Positions 18,035 to 27,880 are shown, counted from the stretch's first letter. The stretch is 39,277 nucleotides of DNA from Flammeovirgaceae bacterium (GCA_003229495.1 QIEB01000489.1:1-39277), one strand, 5' to 3'. Numbers and translations are program-made. Notes: generated by a model not told the origin, from the letters alone.

Positions 18035-20029
18035 TTAATGGGTTTCTTGATTTTTAAATTTAGAAATCAGTGTCTTAAATTCATCATCATTTCTTATGGA
18101 ATGATAGTGTGGGATTGATTCAATTAGATCAAAGTTGCTATAACCAGCCTTAAATGCTTTCTCAAGTTCAGTCAAAGCCAGTTCTTTTTCACCTTGCTCT
18201 GCATATACAAAACTCATCTTAACGTTTATATCAGGGGTATCACTTAATTTGTCAGCCTGCTGAAACATTTCCATTGCCAGGTCATAATCGCCTTGGGTTA
18301 GTTGGATTGAACCAATACTAAGGTAGGGATATAGCCAATTTGGATTTAATTCAATACAATATTGATATGCTTTTATGGCTTCAGCAAATTGTTCCTTTAG
18401 CCACAATGCTGCCCCCAGGTTCAGATATGACCATATGTAAGTGGGTTGTTGTTTGATAGCCATTCGTGCTGCGTACTCAGCACCGTCTAGATCGATGGGA
18501 TCAGAAATTCGGCAGGTATACGAAAGGTGGCACCATCCGATTGGATTGTCTGGTTTACTGTCAAGGCTTACTCTGTATGACTTAATAGCCTCTTCATGTC
18601 TTCCTGAATATGTAAAAAACTCAGCTAATGCCAGGTGACCCTCTGGTAAATTGCCATCAAGTTTTAGTGCCTGCCGGGCCAAGTTCTCTGCCCGCTCCAA
18701 ACGATCATATTCTTTCTGATATCCGTAAAAATAGTGGAGTGATTCGACTATAGAAAGTCCGGCGTAAGCCTTTGCGTAAGAAGAATCCTGGGCCAGAGCT
18801 TCTTCAAAATGTTGCTTGGCGGCATCCAGTTTCTCACTTGAAGGCTGAAGGTTACTATGTAAGGATTCCAACAACATCCAGCCTTTTAAATAAGCGTTAT
18901 ACGCCTGATTATTGTCCGTATATCGCTTTTGGATTGCCACAACTTCTTCAGCACCTAAGTCTAGTTGCAATTCTTCCGCAATACTCAATGCTGCCCTATC
19001 TTGGGCTTCAAGGGCCCCTTCCAAATTTCCGTCAAAGTCATATGAGGCTAGCTCAAAACCTGTAGCGGCTTCAATTAGCTGGGCATTGATCCTGACTTTA
19101 TTTCCAAATTTTCGAACACTGCCATCTATCAAGTATTCAACACCCAATTCCTTAGCAATTTCCGCCGGGGATAAGGTTGATCCTTTGAATCGAAGACATG
19201 CCAACCTGGAGGTCAGCCTTAAATTCTGTATTCTGGATAGACGATTGCAAAGTTCCTGTGTCATGCCATCGCTGAAATATTCATTGTCAGGATCAGGGCT
19301 CATGTTGACAAACGGCAGCACGGCAATCGACCTTTCTTTACTCGCAAAATCATCACCTGAAACTAGTTGCTGTAGATTTGGCACGTAGGCAAAGAAATAC
19401 CATATTGCCAGTACCACTGCCAATGCAGTAATAGTGAAGTAGGCCATTTTTGATTTAAGCCTTCTAGCACCTCCCTCTTTAGAAGTCGGGGACATGGACT
19501 TTGGCAGTAAGGTTTGAGCTGGAGAAGGAAGATTTCCTCCCTGTAGGGCATAAGTACGAACCCCATAGTCGACGTTTTTCAGTTGCTGTTCTCCCAGGTA
19601 ATATGTTTCAATTTTTGATTGACCGCGAATGGCCTTTTCTATGGCGTCTGAAATGTAAATCCCTCCGGGATCAGTGATAGATTCCAAGCGTGACGCCACG
19701 TTAACTCCGTCACCATAGACATCCTCATTCTCGACAGTGACATCTCCCAGGTGAATTCCGATACGAAGTTTACCATCGAATTTCACACCGGCAGTTTTTT
19801 GAATATCTACCGCACAATTTACCGCATCTAAGGCTGTACTGAACTTTACCAGCACTCCGTCGCCCATTTCTTTGAGCCATTGTCCGTTATACCTTTCCAC
19901 CAGGGGCTTTTGTATTTCCTTACTGATGTGGATTAACTCCAGGGCCTTGGCAGAGTCCCGGCCCATCAAAGCAGTGTACCCGACGATGTCGGTAAACATG
20001 ATGGCGGCTAATTGACGAGAAGTTGTCAT
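18035..20029 (-). CDS. Class III adenylate/guanylate cyclase - TM - TolB-like - TPR protein
   Basis: AAIMFTDIVGY, KEMGDG and RIGIHLGD...DVYGDGVNVASRLE; one TM helix; SIAVLPFVNMS..DNEYFSDG; C-terminal TPRs. Confidence 0.92.
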   Translation of the reverse strand: MTTSRQLAAIMFTDIVGYTALMGRDSAKALELIHISKEIQKPLVERYNGQWLKEMGDGVLVKFSTALDAVNCAVDIQKTAGVKFDGKLRIGIHLGDVTVENEDVYGDGVNVASRLESITDPGGIYISDAIEKAIRGQSKIETYYLGEQQLKNVDYGVRTYALQGGNLPSPAQTLLPKSMSPTSKEGGARRLKSKMAYFTITALAVVLAIWYFFAYVPNLQQLVSGDDFASKERSIAVLPFVNMSPDPDNEYFSDGMTQELCNRLSRIQNLRLTSRLACLRFKGSTLSPAEIAKELGVEYLIDGSVRKFGNKVRINAQLIEAATGFELASYDFDGNLEGALEAQDRAALSIAEELQLDLGAEEVVAIQKRYTDNNQAYNAYLKGWMLLESLHSNLQPSSEKLDAAKQHFEEALAQDSSYAKAYAGLSIVESLHYFYGYQKEYDRLERAENLARQALKLDGNLPEGHLALAEFFTYSGRHEEAIKSYRVSLDSKPDNPIGWCHLSYTCRISDPIDLDGAEYAARMAIKQQPTYIWSYLNLGAALWLKEQFAEAIKAYQYCIELNPNWLYPYLSIGSIQLTQGDYDLAMEMFQQADKLSDTPDINVKMSFVYAEQGEKELALTELEKAFKAGYSNFDLIESIPHYHSIRNDDEFKTLISKFKNQETH

Positions 20030-20034
20030 TACTA

Positions 20035-20169
20035 GAAATTACCAAATTCAAATTACAAAAAAGCTGCTTAAAAAATGTCGATAAAAGGTAGCAACTTCAG
20101 GAAGTTTGGAAATTGGAAATTGGTTCTTTGGAACTTAATTGGTGCTTATCATTTGTTTTTTGGAATTTG
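20035..20169. repeat. Oppositely oriented degenerate 7-mer arrays (AAATTMC-type, then TTGGAAA-type)
   Basis: GAAATTACCAAATTCAAATTACAAA (20035-20059) and TTTGGAAATTGGAAATTGG...TTGGTGCTT...TTGGAATTTG (20105-20169). Confidence 0.55.
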
Positions 20170-20244
20170 CCAGTAGGCCACCTACTGGCTAGAATTGCAA
20201 TTCGTCCTTTTTATCCATAACTTATATTCAGCTCCAAATCTACC

Positions 20245-20910
20245 ATGAAAGCCGAATCTGATAGTCCGAGTTCTACCGAATACATAACTGCTCTTTGTCA
20301 TTACTACCGCGCGGAAATGGACCGTGCAAACACCTGGCGAACCAGATTGGATGTAACCACTAATTGGGCTATTGTCACTACCGCGGCCTTCTTGTCTGTG
20401 GCCTTTGGAGGGCCCAAGATCCCACATTTTGTAATTATTCTGGCTACTATTTTCGTGCTATTCTTCTTGATCATTGAATCTCGCCGCTATAAATATTTTG
20501 ATCTTTGGCGTTGGCGCATCGCATTGCTCAATGAAAACTTCTTCGCCAACCTCATATCACCGGAAACAGCCCCAATGCATTCAAACTGGAAGGAACTGCT
20601 TAGCTCGGAACTAAAAAATTCCAGTTTCAAGATCTCATTTATGGAGGCTTTCGGACGGCGTTTGAGACGGAATTATAGTTGGATCTTTATGGTATTGGCC
20701 AGTTGCTGGTTTGCAAAGATCGTAATACATCCCACTCCCATGCACCACTTCTCCGAAATCTTTCAACGGGCTACTGTTTTTGACCTGGTACCTGGCTGGG
20801 TGGTATTAACTATTGGGATCATCTTTAACTCCGCTTTGATTGTCATTGCGTTCAGCACCCTGAAAAAAAGAAAAGTGGAAGTTCAGATCAAACCTTCAGG
20901 TAAAACCTAG
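20245..20910 (+). CDS. DUF2270 family membrane protein
   Basis: HYYRAEMDRANTWRTRLDVTTNWAI, IESRRYKYFD.WR.R and EAFGRRLRRNY motifs. Confidence 0.88.
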   Translation: MKAESDSPSSTEYITALCHYYRAEMDRANTWRTRLDVTTNWAIVTTAAFLSVAFGGPKIPHFVIILATIFVLFFLIIESRRYKYFDLWRWRIALLNENFFANLISPETAPMHSNWKELLSSELKNSSFKISFMEAFGRRLRRNYSWIFMVLASCWFAKIVIHPTPMHHFSEIFQRATVFDLVPGWVVLTIGIIFNSALIVIAFSTLKKRKVEVQIKPSGKT

Positions 20911-20928
20911 CTTCACTTGTTTGGGGCT

Positions 20929-20954
20929 GGTCCAAAGGACCTCCTTTGTGGGAG
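20929..20954. repeat. REP-like overlapping hairpins
   Basis: GGTCC-AAA-GGACC overlaps CAAAGGA-CC-TCCTTTG, followed by a T-rich degenerate array to about 21005. Confidence 0.45.
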
Positions 20955-21114
20955 AATTGGCACTTGTTAAATTATTTGAAGTTTTGAAAATTTGTATTTT
21001 GTTTTACAATCTCTTAAGAATATATTTTTGGCTAATTGAGCCAGTATTGCATTGATCATCAATAATTTATACATTGATCGACCAGAAATCATTATTCCAC
21101 CAAAGACAATCGAT

Positions 21115-22272
21115 ATGCCCCACCATGCCGTAACCACCGCCACCGCTCTTGGCCCTCAAATTATCCAATTAAGATCAGAAACTGAAGCCCAGCGTCAGCT
21201 ACCCAAGTCAATCATTTCCGCATTGGTTGAATCCAATCTATTTCGTCAGGTGATAACTACGGACATAGGTGGACTGGAATTAGATCCGGTAGTGTCCCTG
21301 GAAGTTTACGAAGCTTTGGCCAAATCTGAGGCGTCCGTTGGATGGGCTGTCTGGAACAGTTCCCTTCCATGTCTTTTAAGCAGGTTCCTATCAGATTCAG
21401 TGCGAAAAGAGATCTTTGGAGACCCCACTTTAACGTATACCAGTTCCACCCGTCCAACCGGTAGGGCTTCCATGGAAAATGACAGTTTCAGGATTTCCGG
21501 ACACTGGTCGTTGGTATCGGGCTGTATGCATGCGGACTGGATTGGTTTCATGTGCATGGTGGAGAAAGACGGCGAGATACAGATGGCCGAACAAGGTGGG
21601 CCACAAATGCTCATGGCATTCATTCCGTCAGGTTCGTATGAAATTATAGATACCTGGCATGTTGGTGGTTTGCGGGGTACTGGTAGTCATGACATCACGG
21701 TTGATGATTTAATGGTTCCTATGGGGAAAACCTTTTCTCCTATGGGTCCCAGCCAACTCGATCGGCCTATTGGGCGCATTCCAATTGGCTGCACCATGTC
21801 AGCTGGACATGCGGCGATCTGTTTGGGAATTGCGCAAGCAGCATTGGAATCAGTGATCGATCTTGCACGAAGCAAGATCACCGTTGACCCGGTCCCTGGT
21901 CTTCCAGACCGTGCATCAAATCAATTTCTGGTGGCTGAGGCAGCTACCAAAATAGCTGCCCTGCGGGCTCATTTACATCTGACATTAGGCAGCCTCTGGA
22001 AAATCTGTCAATCCGGATCGGAGTGGACGCCTGACGACCTTGCACAGGTATGGAGTGCAGCCGTAACTACCGGGAGGGAATGTCGGTCACTGGTCTCTGC
22101 TTTGTATGAAGTCGCCGGCAGTCCCGCGCTGTACCAGGATTTTTCACTTGAGCGGTGTCACCGTGACATTCATGCTGCCATGCAGCACGTGGTAATCCAG
22201 CGCCTATGGCTGGAGGAAGCCGGCAAGGTCAAATTTGGTATGGACCCCACAAATCCGCTTTTTGCATGGTGA
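21115..22272 (+). CDS. Acyl-CoA-dehydrogenase-fold flavin-dependent monooxygenase (HsaA/group D-like oxygenase component)
   Basis: ASVGW, SGHWSLVSGCMHADW, DTWHVGGLRGTGSHD and LERCHRDIHAAMQH motifs. Likely ATG at 21115. Confidence 0.85.
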   Translation: MPHHAVTTATALGPQIIQLRSETEAQRQLPKSIISALVESNLFRQVITTDIGGLELDPVVSLEVYEALAKSEASVGWAVWNSSLPCLLSRFLSDSVRKEIFGDPTLTYTSSTRPTGRASMENDSFRISGHWSLVSGCMHADWIGFMCMVEKDGEIQMAEQGGPQMLMAFIPSGSYEIIDTWHVGGLRGTGSHDITVDDLMVPMGKTFSPMGPSQLDRPIGRIPIGCTMSAGHAAICLGIAQAALESVIDLARSKITVDPVPGLPDRASNQFLVAEAATKIAALRAHLHLTLGSLWKICQSGSEWTPDDLAQVWSAAVTTGRECRSLVSALYEVAGSPALYQDFSLERCHRDIHAAMQHVVIQRLWLEEAGKVKFGMDPTNPLFAW

Positions 22273-22278
22273 GTTGAT

Positions 22279-22550
22279 TCAAAGAAAAATGGGTGGTAAC
22301 CTATAAAGCCCCTGGTTCTTCAAATTGGCTATGTGCTCCCGTTCCACTGCAATCTTTTTGGAAGCCCGATCGCAAAATTGCTTCGAATCCCGGGTCTCCC
22401 CACAGACTCTCAAAATGTGGATCATAATGAGCAAAATCAGGTAGCCCGACCGGGAATTGCTACCTTGTTTACTCACTTTTGTTAAACAAGTTCAGAATAG
22501 ATATTTTTTTCTTAGATTCACCGGGCCGATTTAACTCGGGCTTGATACCA
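22279..22550 (-). pseudogene. Degraded C-terminal remnant of a TolB-like/TPR protein
   Basis: An unlisted minus frame gives LPDFAHYDPHFESLWGDPGFEAIL (22444-22373), which resembles the DPxFxSLxxDPxF end motif of such proteins. A frameshift leads to DRASKKIAVEREHIANL, and the upstream part has stops. Confidence 0.5.
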
Positions 22551-22583
22551 AATTATTTCGTATCTCCAAAGAATGCTAAGAAA

Positions 22584-24128
22584 ATGAAAAACTGTTTTGT
22601 CCGGATACTTTCGGCTCTACTAATATTTAGCTTGGCGGGTTGCCAAAAGGAGCAACCCACCGAAACACCGCCTGAAACACCTCAACAAAATCGTAATTTA
22701 CCTGGACTGGGTCTCCCCAGAGGTCTACTTAGAAACACCCCGAAAGCCACACCGGGATATATTTATTTCTCCCCATTGCTGTCCGGTACTACCTACCTGA
22801 TTAACCTCAACGGTCAGGTTGTACACACCTGGGAAAGTGACTACGGTCCCTCAGGTTGGGTATACCTGAAGGAAAATGGTAACCTGGCCCGCGGCGGCAG
22901 AGACCCGGAAACGCCGCTGTTCGACGGCGGCGGCCAGGGAGGATGGCTCCAGGAATTTACCTGGGACGGTGAATTGGTTTGGGGGTACAAATTTTCTTCC
23001 ACCGAATACCTGACACATCATGATGTAGCTATTATGCCCAATGGGAATTACCTGGCCATAGCCTGGGAAGCAAAAACTCCGGAGGAGGCCATTACGGCAG
23101 GCAGGAATCCGGAGAATATTCCCCAGGCTGGCCTATGGCCGGATTGGGTTATTGAGCTTGAGCCAAGAGGATCAAACGATGCTGTTATTGTTTGGCAATG
23201 GCACATTTGGGACCATCTTGTTCAGGATTATGACGATTCCAAAATAAACTACGGCGACGTTTCGGAACACCCTGAATTATTGGATATTAATCTTATTGGG
23301 GTACCCGATCCCGTCACCGAAGAGGAGCTAAATGAACGAAGAGCAGGCAACAACGCAAATATTAATGACACTCCCCAGAACCAAGGATCGGATATGTATC
23401 ATACCAATGCCATAAATTATAATGCCCGTCTTGATCAAATTGTATTGAGTTCACCGGGTTTAGACGAAATAATGATTATTGATCACGGTACCACCACTGA
23501 AGAAGCTGGGGGACATAGAGGAGGAAGGTGGGGAAAAGGAGGAGATATTCTCTACCGGTGGGGTAATCCTGAAAATTATTATGCTGGAGACTCAACTGAC
23601 CAGAAATTGGGAGGCCAGCATGATGTCAAGTGGATTGTGACCGGGTTACCGGGAGCAGGTAATCTCATGGTATTCAATAATAACGTACCCTACGCCGAAC
23701 CTGGCTATTCATCCGTGTTGGAACTTAAAACTCCTTTGACAGATTCAGGCTATTTACTGGGTGAAAGCGGACAGTTTGGTCCCGAAGAACCTAAATGGAG
23801 CTACGTGGCCCTGGACACTCTATCCTTTTACAGCCCGTTCATATCCGGATCACACCGCATGGCCAATGGGAATACTTTTATCACTGAGGGTGCCAGAGGC
23901 CGTTTCTTCGAAGTGAATGCCAAAAGAGAGGTGCTTTGGGAATACATGACCCCGTATGCTGGTTATATCCGTATGGCTGATGGAACCACTCCTCAACCGA
24001 TCGGGCCATTTGAGTACGGCACGTTCCGGGCTACCCACATACCTGTTGACCACCCTGCAGTGGCAAGCAAGATACTTGAGCCACTGGATCCTCAACCGGA
24101 AGTATATAAATTAAAAAAGATCAATTAA
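22584..24128 (+). CDS. Aryl-sulfate sulfotransferase (ASST) family lipoprotein
   Basis: Lipobox LAG-C from the ATG at 22584. TYLINLNGQVVHTW, THHD, DMYHTNAI, GQHDV and FISGSHRMANGNTFITEG motifs. Confidence 0.85.
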   Translation: MKNCFVRILSALLIFSLAGCQKEQPTETPPETPQQNRNLPGLGLPRGLLRNTPKATPGYIYFSPLLSGTTYLINLNGQVVHTWESDYGPSGWVYLKENGNLARGGRDPETPLFDGGGQGGWLQEFTWDGELVWGYKFSSTEYLTHHDVAIMPNGNYLAIAWEAKTPEEAITAGRNPENIPQAGLWPDWVIELEPRGSNDAVIVWQWHIWDHLVQDYDDSKINYGDVSEHPELLDINLIGVPDPVTEEELNERRAGNNANINDTPQNQGSDMYHTNAINYNARLDQIVLSSPGLDEIMIIDHGTTTEEAGGHRGGRWGKGGDILYRWGNPENYYAGDSTDQKLGGQHDVKWIVTGLPGAGNLMVFNNNVPYAEPGYSSVLELKTPLTDSGYLLGESGQFGPEEPKWSYVALDTLSFYSPFISGSHRMANGNTFITEGARGRFFEVNAKREVLWEYMTPYAGYIRMADGTTPQPIGPFEYGTFRATHIPVDHPAVASKILEPLDPQPEVYKLKKIN

Positions 24129-24137
24129 TAATTCTCA

Positions 24138-25451
24138 ATGAAGAGAGCACTTCCAATTATGAAAAACGTAGTCACCCTGATACTGATCACATTGGTATTT
24201 ACGGCCAATGGTCAAACTAAATCCAGCCAAAAATCCGCGCCGCTTACTCCGGCATCCCCGGAAAGTGTTGGTATGTCTTCCGAACGGCTGGATCGAATCG
24301 ATGCCATGTGTCAGGAAGCAGTGAAAAGTGGTGATCTGCCAGGAATTGTAGCATTGGTTGCCAGAAAGGGGAAAATTGTATTTCACCAGGCCTACGGTAT
24401 GGCGGACAATTCATCGGGAAGAAAAATGAATGAAGATGATATCTTTAGAATTGCTTCTCAGTCAAAGGCCATTACCTCCACAGCAGTAATGATGCTATGG
24501 GAAGAGGGCAAATTTCAACTGGATGATCCAATTTCAAAATTCATTCCAGAGTTTAAAAATCCACAGGTATTGCAGTCATATAAGTATAATGACACCAGCT
24601 ATACTACCATTACTGCGGATAAGGAAATTACCATTCGACATCTGCTCACTCATACATCCGGTTTGGGTTACGGAGTAATTGACGGAGATGAACGATTTAA
24701 AATGATTTATGAGAAAGCAGGTATTACTGATCTTTTTACTACTCAACCAATCACTGTTGAACAAAGTGTGAAAAAGTTGGCCAAATTGCCATTACATCAT
24801 CACCCTGGAGAAAAGTTTACTTATAGTGAAGGACTTGATGTGTTGGGATACTTTATCGAAATAATATCAGGGGTGCCATTTGATGAATTCCTTAGAAAAA
24901 GATTGTTTGATCCCTTAGGCATGGATGACAGCTGGTTCTATCTGCCTAGTTCTAAGGCAGACCGTCTGGTTAGCGTTCAAAAGAAAGAAGATGATAAATG
25001 GGTGAAATACCCGGTTACTTTTTATGACACTGATTATCCCTTAAAAGGCTCCAAGACCTTTTTCTCCGGAGGAGCCGGTCTATCCAGCACTGCAAAAGAT
25101 TATGCTATCTTCCTTCAGATGTACCTGAATGGAGGTGAATTGAATGGAGTAAGGATTCTTAGCCGCACTACCATTAAGTCGATCATGGGAAATCAAACAG
25201 CAGATCTATTCAGTGGTGGGGTTAATAGCTACTACGGACTTGCTTTTGGGGTTGTAACAAAAGCGGGGCAAGACCAGGCTGGCGTGGGCAGTGTAGGTAC
25301 ATTTGAATGGGGAGGATATTTTAACACACAGTATTTCGCCGACCCGGAAGAACAAACCATTGGCATCCTTATGAAGCAAACCCAAGGACCTGTTCAGGAC
25401 GAAACAGGTTGGAAATTCAGAATGTTGGTAGGTCAGGCAATTGATGATTAA
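24138..25451 (+). CDS. Secreted serine hydrolase, beta-lactamase class C/AmpC-like family
   Basis: Signal peptide, FRIASQSK (SxxK), LLTHTSG, PGEKFTYS, GGAGLSST and WGG motifs. Start is 24138 or 24159. Confidence 0.9.
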   Translation: MKRALPIMKNVVTLILITLVFTANGQTKSSQKSAPLTPASPESVGMSSERLDRIDAMCQEAVKSGDLPGIVALVARKGKIVFHQAYGMADNSSGRKMNEDDIFRIASQSKAITSTAVMMLWEEGKFQLDDPISKFIPEFKNPQVLQSYKYNDTSYTTITADKEITIRHLLTHTSGLGYGVIDGDERFKMIYEKAGITDLFTTQPITVEQSVKKLAKLPLHHHPGEKFTYSEGLDVLGYFIEIISGVPFDEFLRKRLFDPLGMDDSWFYLPSSKADRLVSVQKKEDDKWVKYPVTFYDTDYPLKGSKTFFSGGAGLSSTAKDYAIFLQMYLNGGELNGVRILSRTTIKSIMGNQTADLFSGGVNSYYGLAFGVVTKAGQDQAGVGSVGTFEWGGYFNTQYFADPEEQTIGILMKQTQGPVQDETGWKFRMLVGQAIDD

Positions 25452-25478
25452 TAGTTATGAGGTATGAGCTCACTTGAC

Positions 25479-25543
25479 TTAGGAATTTGTTATTTAAAGC
25501 TTGTAATTTTTTTGGTGCTTGGATTTTGGGATTTGTAATTTTT
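25479..25543. repeat. Degenerate 7-mer array between convergent genes
   Basis: TTAGGAATTTGTTATTT...TTGGTGCTTGGATTTTGGGATTTGTAATTT. Shares TTGGTGCTT with 20139-20147. Confidence 0.55.
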
Positions 25544-25550
25544 ATTTTCT

Positions 25551-27767
25551 CTAGAAAATAAAGGTATGTATATACTTCACCAACAGAGACTGTGTATCCA
25601 CTGTTGGTAATTCCGGATTGTTGTCCAATCTGTTAGTATTCAGCCCACTATTTAGTACCACCCATAGATCCTGGCCTTCTCTAAAGTTGTATCGAAACCG
25701 GATGTTGGCGGAAAAAAGATCAGCAGTGCTGTTGTATTGAACCAGAGCATTGGTAGAAAGCTTGCGATTCAAAGCGGTTCCGATGCGTAACCGGGTAATG
25801 TGAAATTCAAATAATTCATCCCTATCTGCAAAATCAGCATTATTGTAGACGTACTCCAGGTTGAATTGAAAGTGTTTTGATAGATACCAGGAAGGCGTAA
25901 TGGTAATACTATTCAGCCATCCATCGTAAAATGGACCAGTTTCAAGTTGAACACCTGCGCTTAAGGTATTATCACCTGCAATTCTGTATGATCCGATAAT
26001 TCGGTAAAAATCATAGCTGCCGATAGGAATGGAAACATCATCTGAAAGCCTGAATTCTTCCAATAGGTTTTCATAAACCCACTTTACCGCTAGTCCGCCA
26101 CTGTCAAGGTTTTTTCTGGAAAATGTCCACTCCGGGCCGGCTTCAGCAGAAAGAACCTCATGATCCTGATTGTTGACATAGGTATTCCCCGCAACTTCCA
26201 GTTTATGCCAAATAAAGGCCCCTCCTGGCTTTAACCAAGTGTTTGAAAGCGCCGCTGTCCCAAATTTAAAATCGTTGCGGTCAACAAATCCAACACCGGG
26301 ATTATAATTGGGCCCGGATAAAATTGTACCGATGTTGTATCCAAAACCTCTGCGCCTTCTGCGATTCACATCAACTGCCAGACGTCCGCTTTTGAAATTT
26401 TGAGCGCCTCCGTCTTCGGTCAGGCTGTCAAAAGTCTGGGCCCATTGAACAGTTAGATAATCATCTCCAAAAAGTCGAATCAGACCATCAATTCCATAGG
26501 CCAGGTTCTTGTTTCCTTCTGTATCGATACGGCTGGTGAACATGCCTCCTACAAAGCTATTTTGATTGAATACCCTTTTTCTTACCCTAAGTACCCCAAA
26601 GTTCTCTGACGGTATGGAATCAAGCCTTTGTGTTTGCATGTTCATAAACCCTAGATCCCAGGTTTTCATTCTTCCAATCATCCGGGCCCCACCGTATATA
26701 GGAACCTGTCGGCCATCATCTGTCAACCCAATCCTACGGCTAAAAAACAGTCGGCTTAAGCCCCCGGTCTTAAAGTTGAAAATAGAAGCTCGTTCCTGAA
26801 AGAATTGCCTTTTTTCAGGAAAAAACAAAGAAAAACGGGTAAGATTCACCAGCTGGTCATCAGCCTCTGCCTGGGCAAAATCAGTATTTATGGTGAAATC
26901 CGCGGTAAGATTGTTAGTAATAGAAAACTTTATGTCTCCTCCAATTTCTCTTTGAAATTCAGTTTGACTGGTATAACCGGTTTCAGTTTGATTTAATTCG
27001 TTCGATTCCCCGATACCCACTAGAACATATGGGGTCACATAAAGTTTTTTAATGGGTTTAATGTCGCTGAACTGTATTTTTTGGGCCAAAGAAGGTCTTA
27101 AAAATGCCCAATTAGTCTTTGGAGGTATCGCAGGATAGACCAATCTTTCCAATTTTCTGGCCACCTTTCGCTGCACTGTTAAACCCATAATCACCTTACC
27201 ATCGAACTCCTGAAAACGCAGGCTACTGAAAGGTATCCTTATTTCAGTGAACCATCCCTCTTCGGTTATGGTACTCTCGGCGTCCCAAAAGGTATTGAAA
27301 TCTCTGTTCAGCCAGGATCCAGAGGAAATGGTCCCTCCGGTGGCATCGTTGGATATTGCGGCATCATGTCTAAGTCCGGTTGGAGTGGTGGTAAAGATAT
27401 AGGCATTTTCATTGTCGTTGTAGGTATCCAGCACAATTTCAAAATGATCAGATCCCCTTATCCGATCCCTGTACAGTGAAGTTGCTCTAACTCCATTGGG
27501 ATCACGGTCATAGGCTCTCATGGATCCATAAAAATACTGATCATCGTAGGCGAACCTTATTTCAGTATCTTCAGTCGGGGGAGCTCCGGCATTGGGCTCA
27601 TACTGAACCATTGGGACAGGAGTAATAGATTCCCAAGCAGGCTCATCCACCCGGCCATCAAAGATAATCCCATCAATCCTTGGTATCACAAACACACTGT
27701 CGGACTGAGCATAGGTTTCCAGTACACCGATTGATAAGAGCCAAAACAATAAGTTCTTCAATGACAT
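25551..27767 (-). CDS. CBM9-like domain plus DUF5916-type outer-membrane protein
   Basis: Signal peptide, FDGRVDEPAW, EIRIPFSSLRF and INTDFAQAEAD...NLTRFSLFFPEKRQFFQE, then a beta-strand-rich C-terminus ending in F. Confidence 0.8.
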   Translation of the reverse strand: MSLKNLLFWLLSIGVLETYAQSDSVFVIPRIDGIIFDGRVDEPAWESITPVPMVQYEPNAGAPPTEDTEIRFAYDDQYFYGSMRAYDRDPNGVRATSLYRDRIRGSDHFEIVLDTYNDNENAYIFTTTPTGLRHDAAISNDATGGTISSGSWLNRDFNTFWDAESTITEEGWFTEIRIPFSSLRFQEFDGKVIMGLTVQRKVARKLERLVYPAIPPKTNWAFLRPSLAQKIQFSDIKPIKKLYVTPYVLVGIGESNELNQTETGYTSQTEFQREIGGDIKFSITNNLTADFTINTDFAQAEADDQLVNLTRFSLFFPEKRQFFQERASIFNFKTGGLSRLFFSRRIGLTDDGRQVPIYGGARMIGRMKTWDLGFMNMQTQRLDSIPSENFGVLRVRKRVFNQNSFVGGMFTSRIDTEGNKNLAYGIDGLIRLFGDDYLTVQWAQTFDSLTEDGGAQNFKSGRLAVDVNRRRRRGFGYNIGTILSGPNYNPGVGFVDRNDFKFGTAALSNTWLKPGGAFIWHKLEVAGNTYVNNQDHEVLSAEAGPEWTFSRKNLDSGGLAVKWVYENLLEEFRLSDDVSIPIGSYDFYRIIGSYRIAGDNTLSAGVQLETGPFYDGWLNSITITPSWYLSKHFQFNLEYVYNNADFADRDELFEFHITRLRIGTALNRKLSTNALVQYNSTADLFSANIRFRYNFREGQDLWVVLNSGLNTNRLDNNPELPTVDTQSLLVKYIHTFIF

Positions 27768-27822
27768 GGACCTGCAAGGTCGTCAAAATACTGGATATAG
27801 GGGTATCATGCTACTTGCTATT

Positions 27823-27851
27823 GCTATCCGTAGCTTGAAGCTACGGATAGC
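27823..27851. repeat. Perfect 14-bp inverted repeat
   Basis: GCTATCCGTAGCTT-G-AAGCTACGGATAGC, with no U-tract on either strand. Confidence 0.8.
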
Positions 27852-27880
27852 TGCACAGGCAGTTAATCGTCAATTGATTA

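Noticed and set aside
24138..25451. Possible antibiotic-resistance beta-lactamase
   Set aside because: It has generic SxxK, LLTHTSG and WGG serine-hydrolase motifs without the KTG triad, so an esterase or peptidase is more likely.
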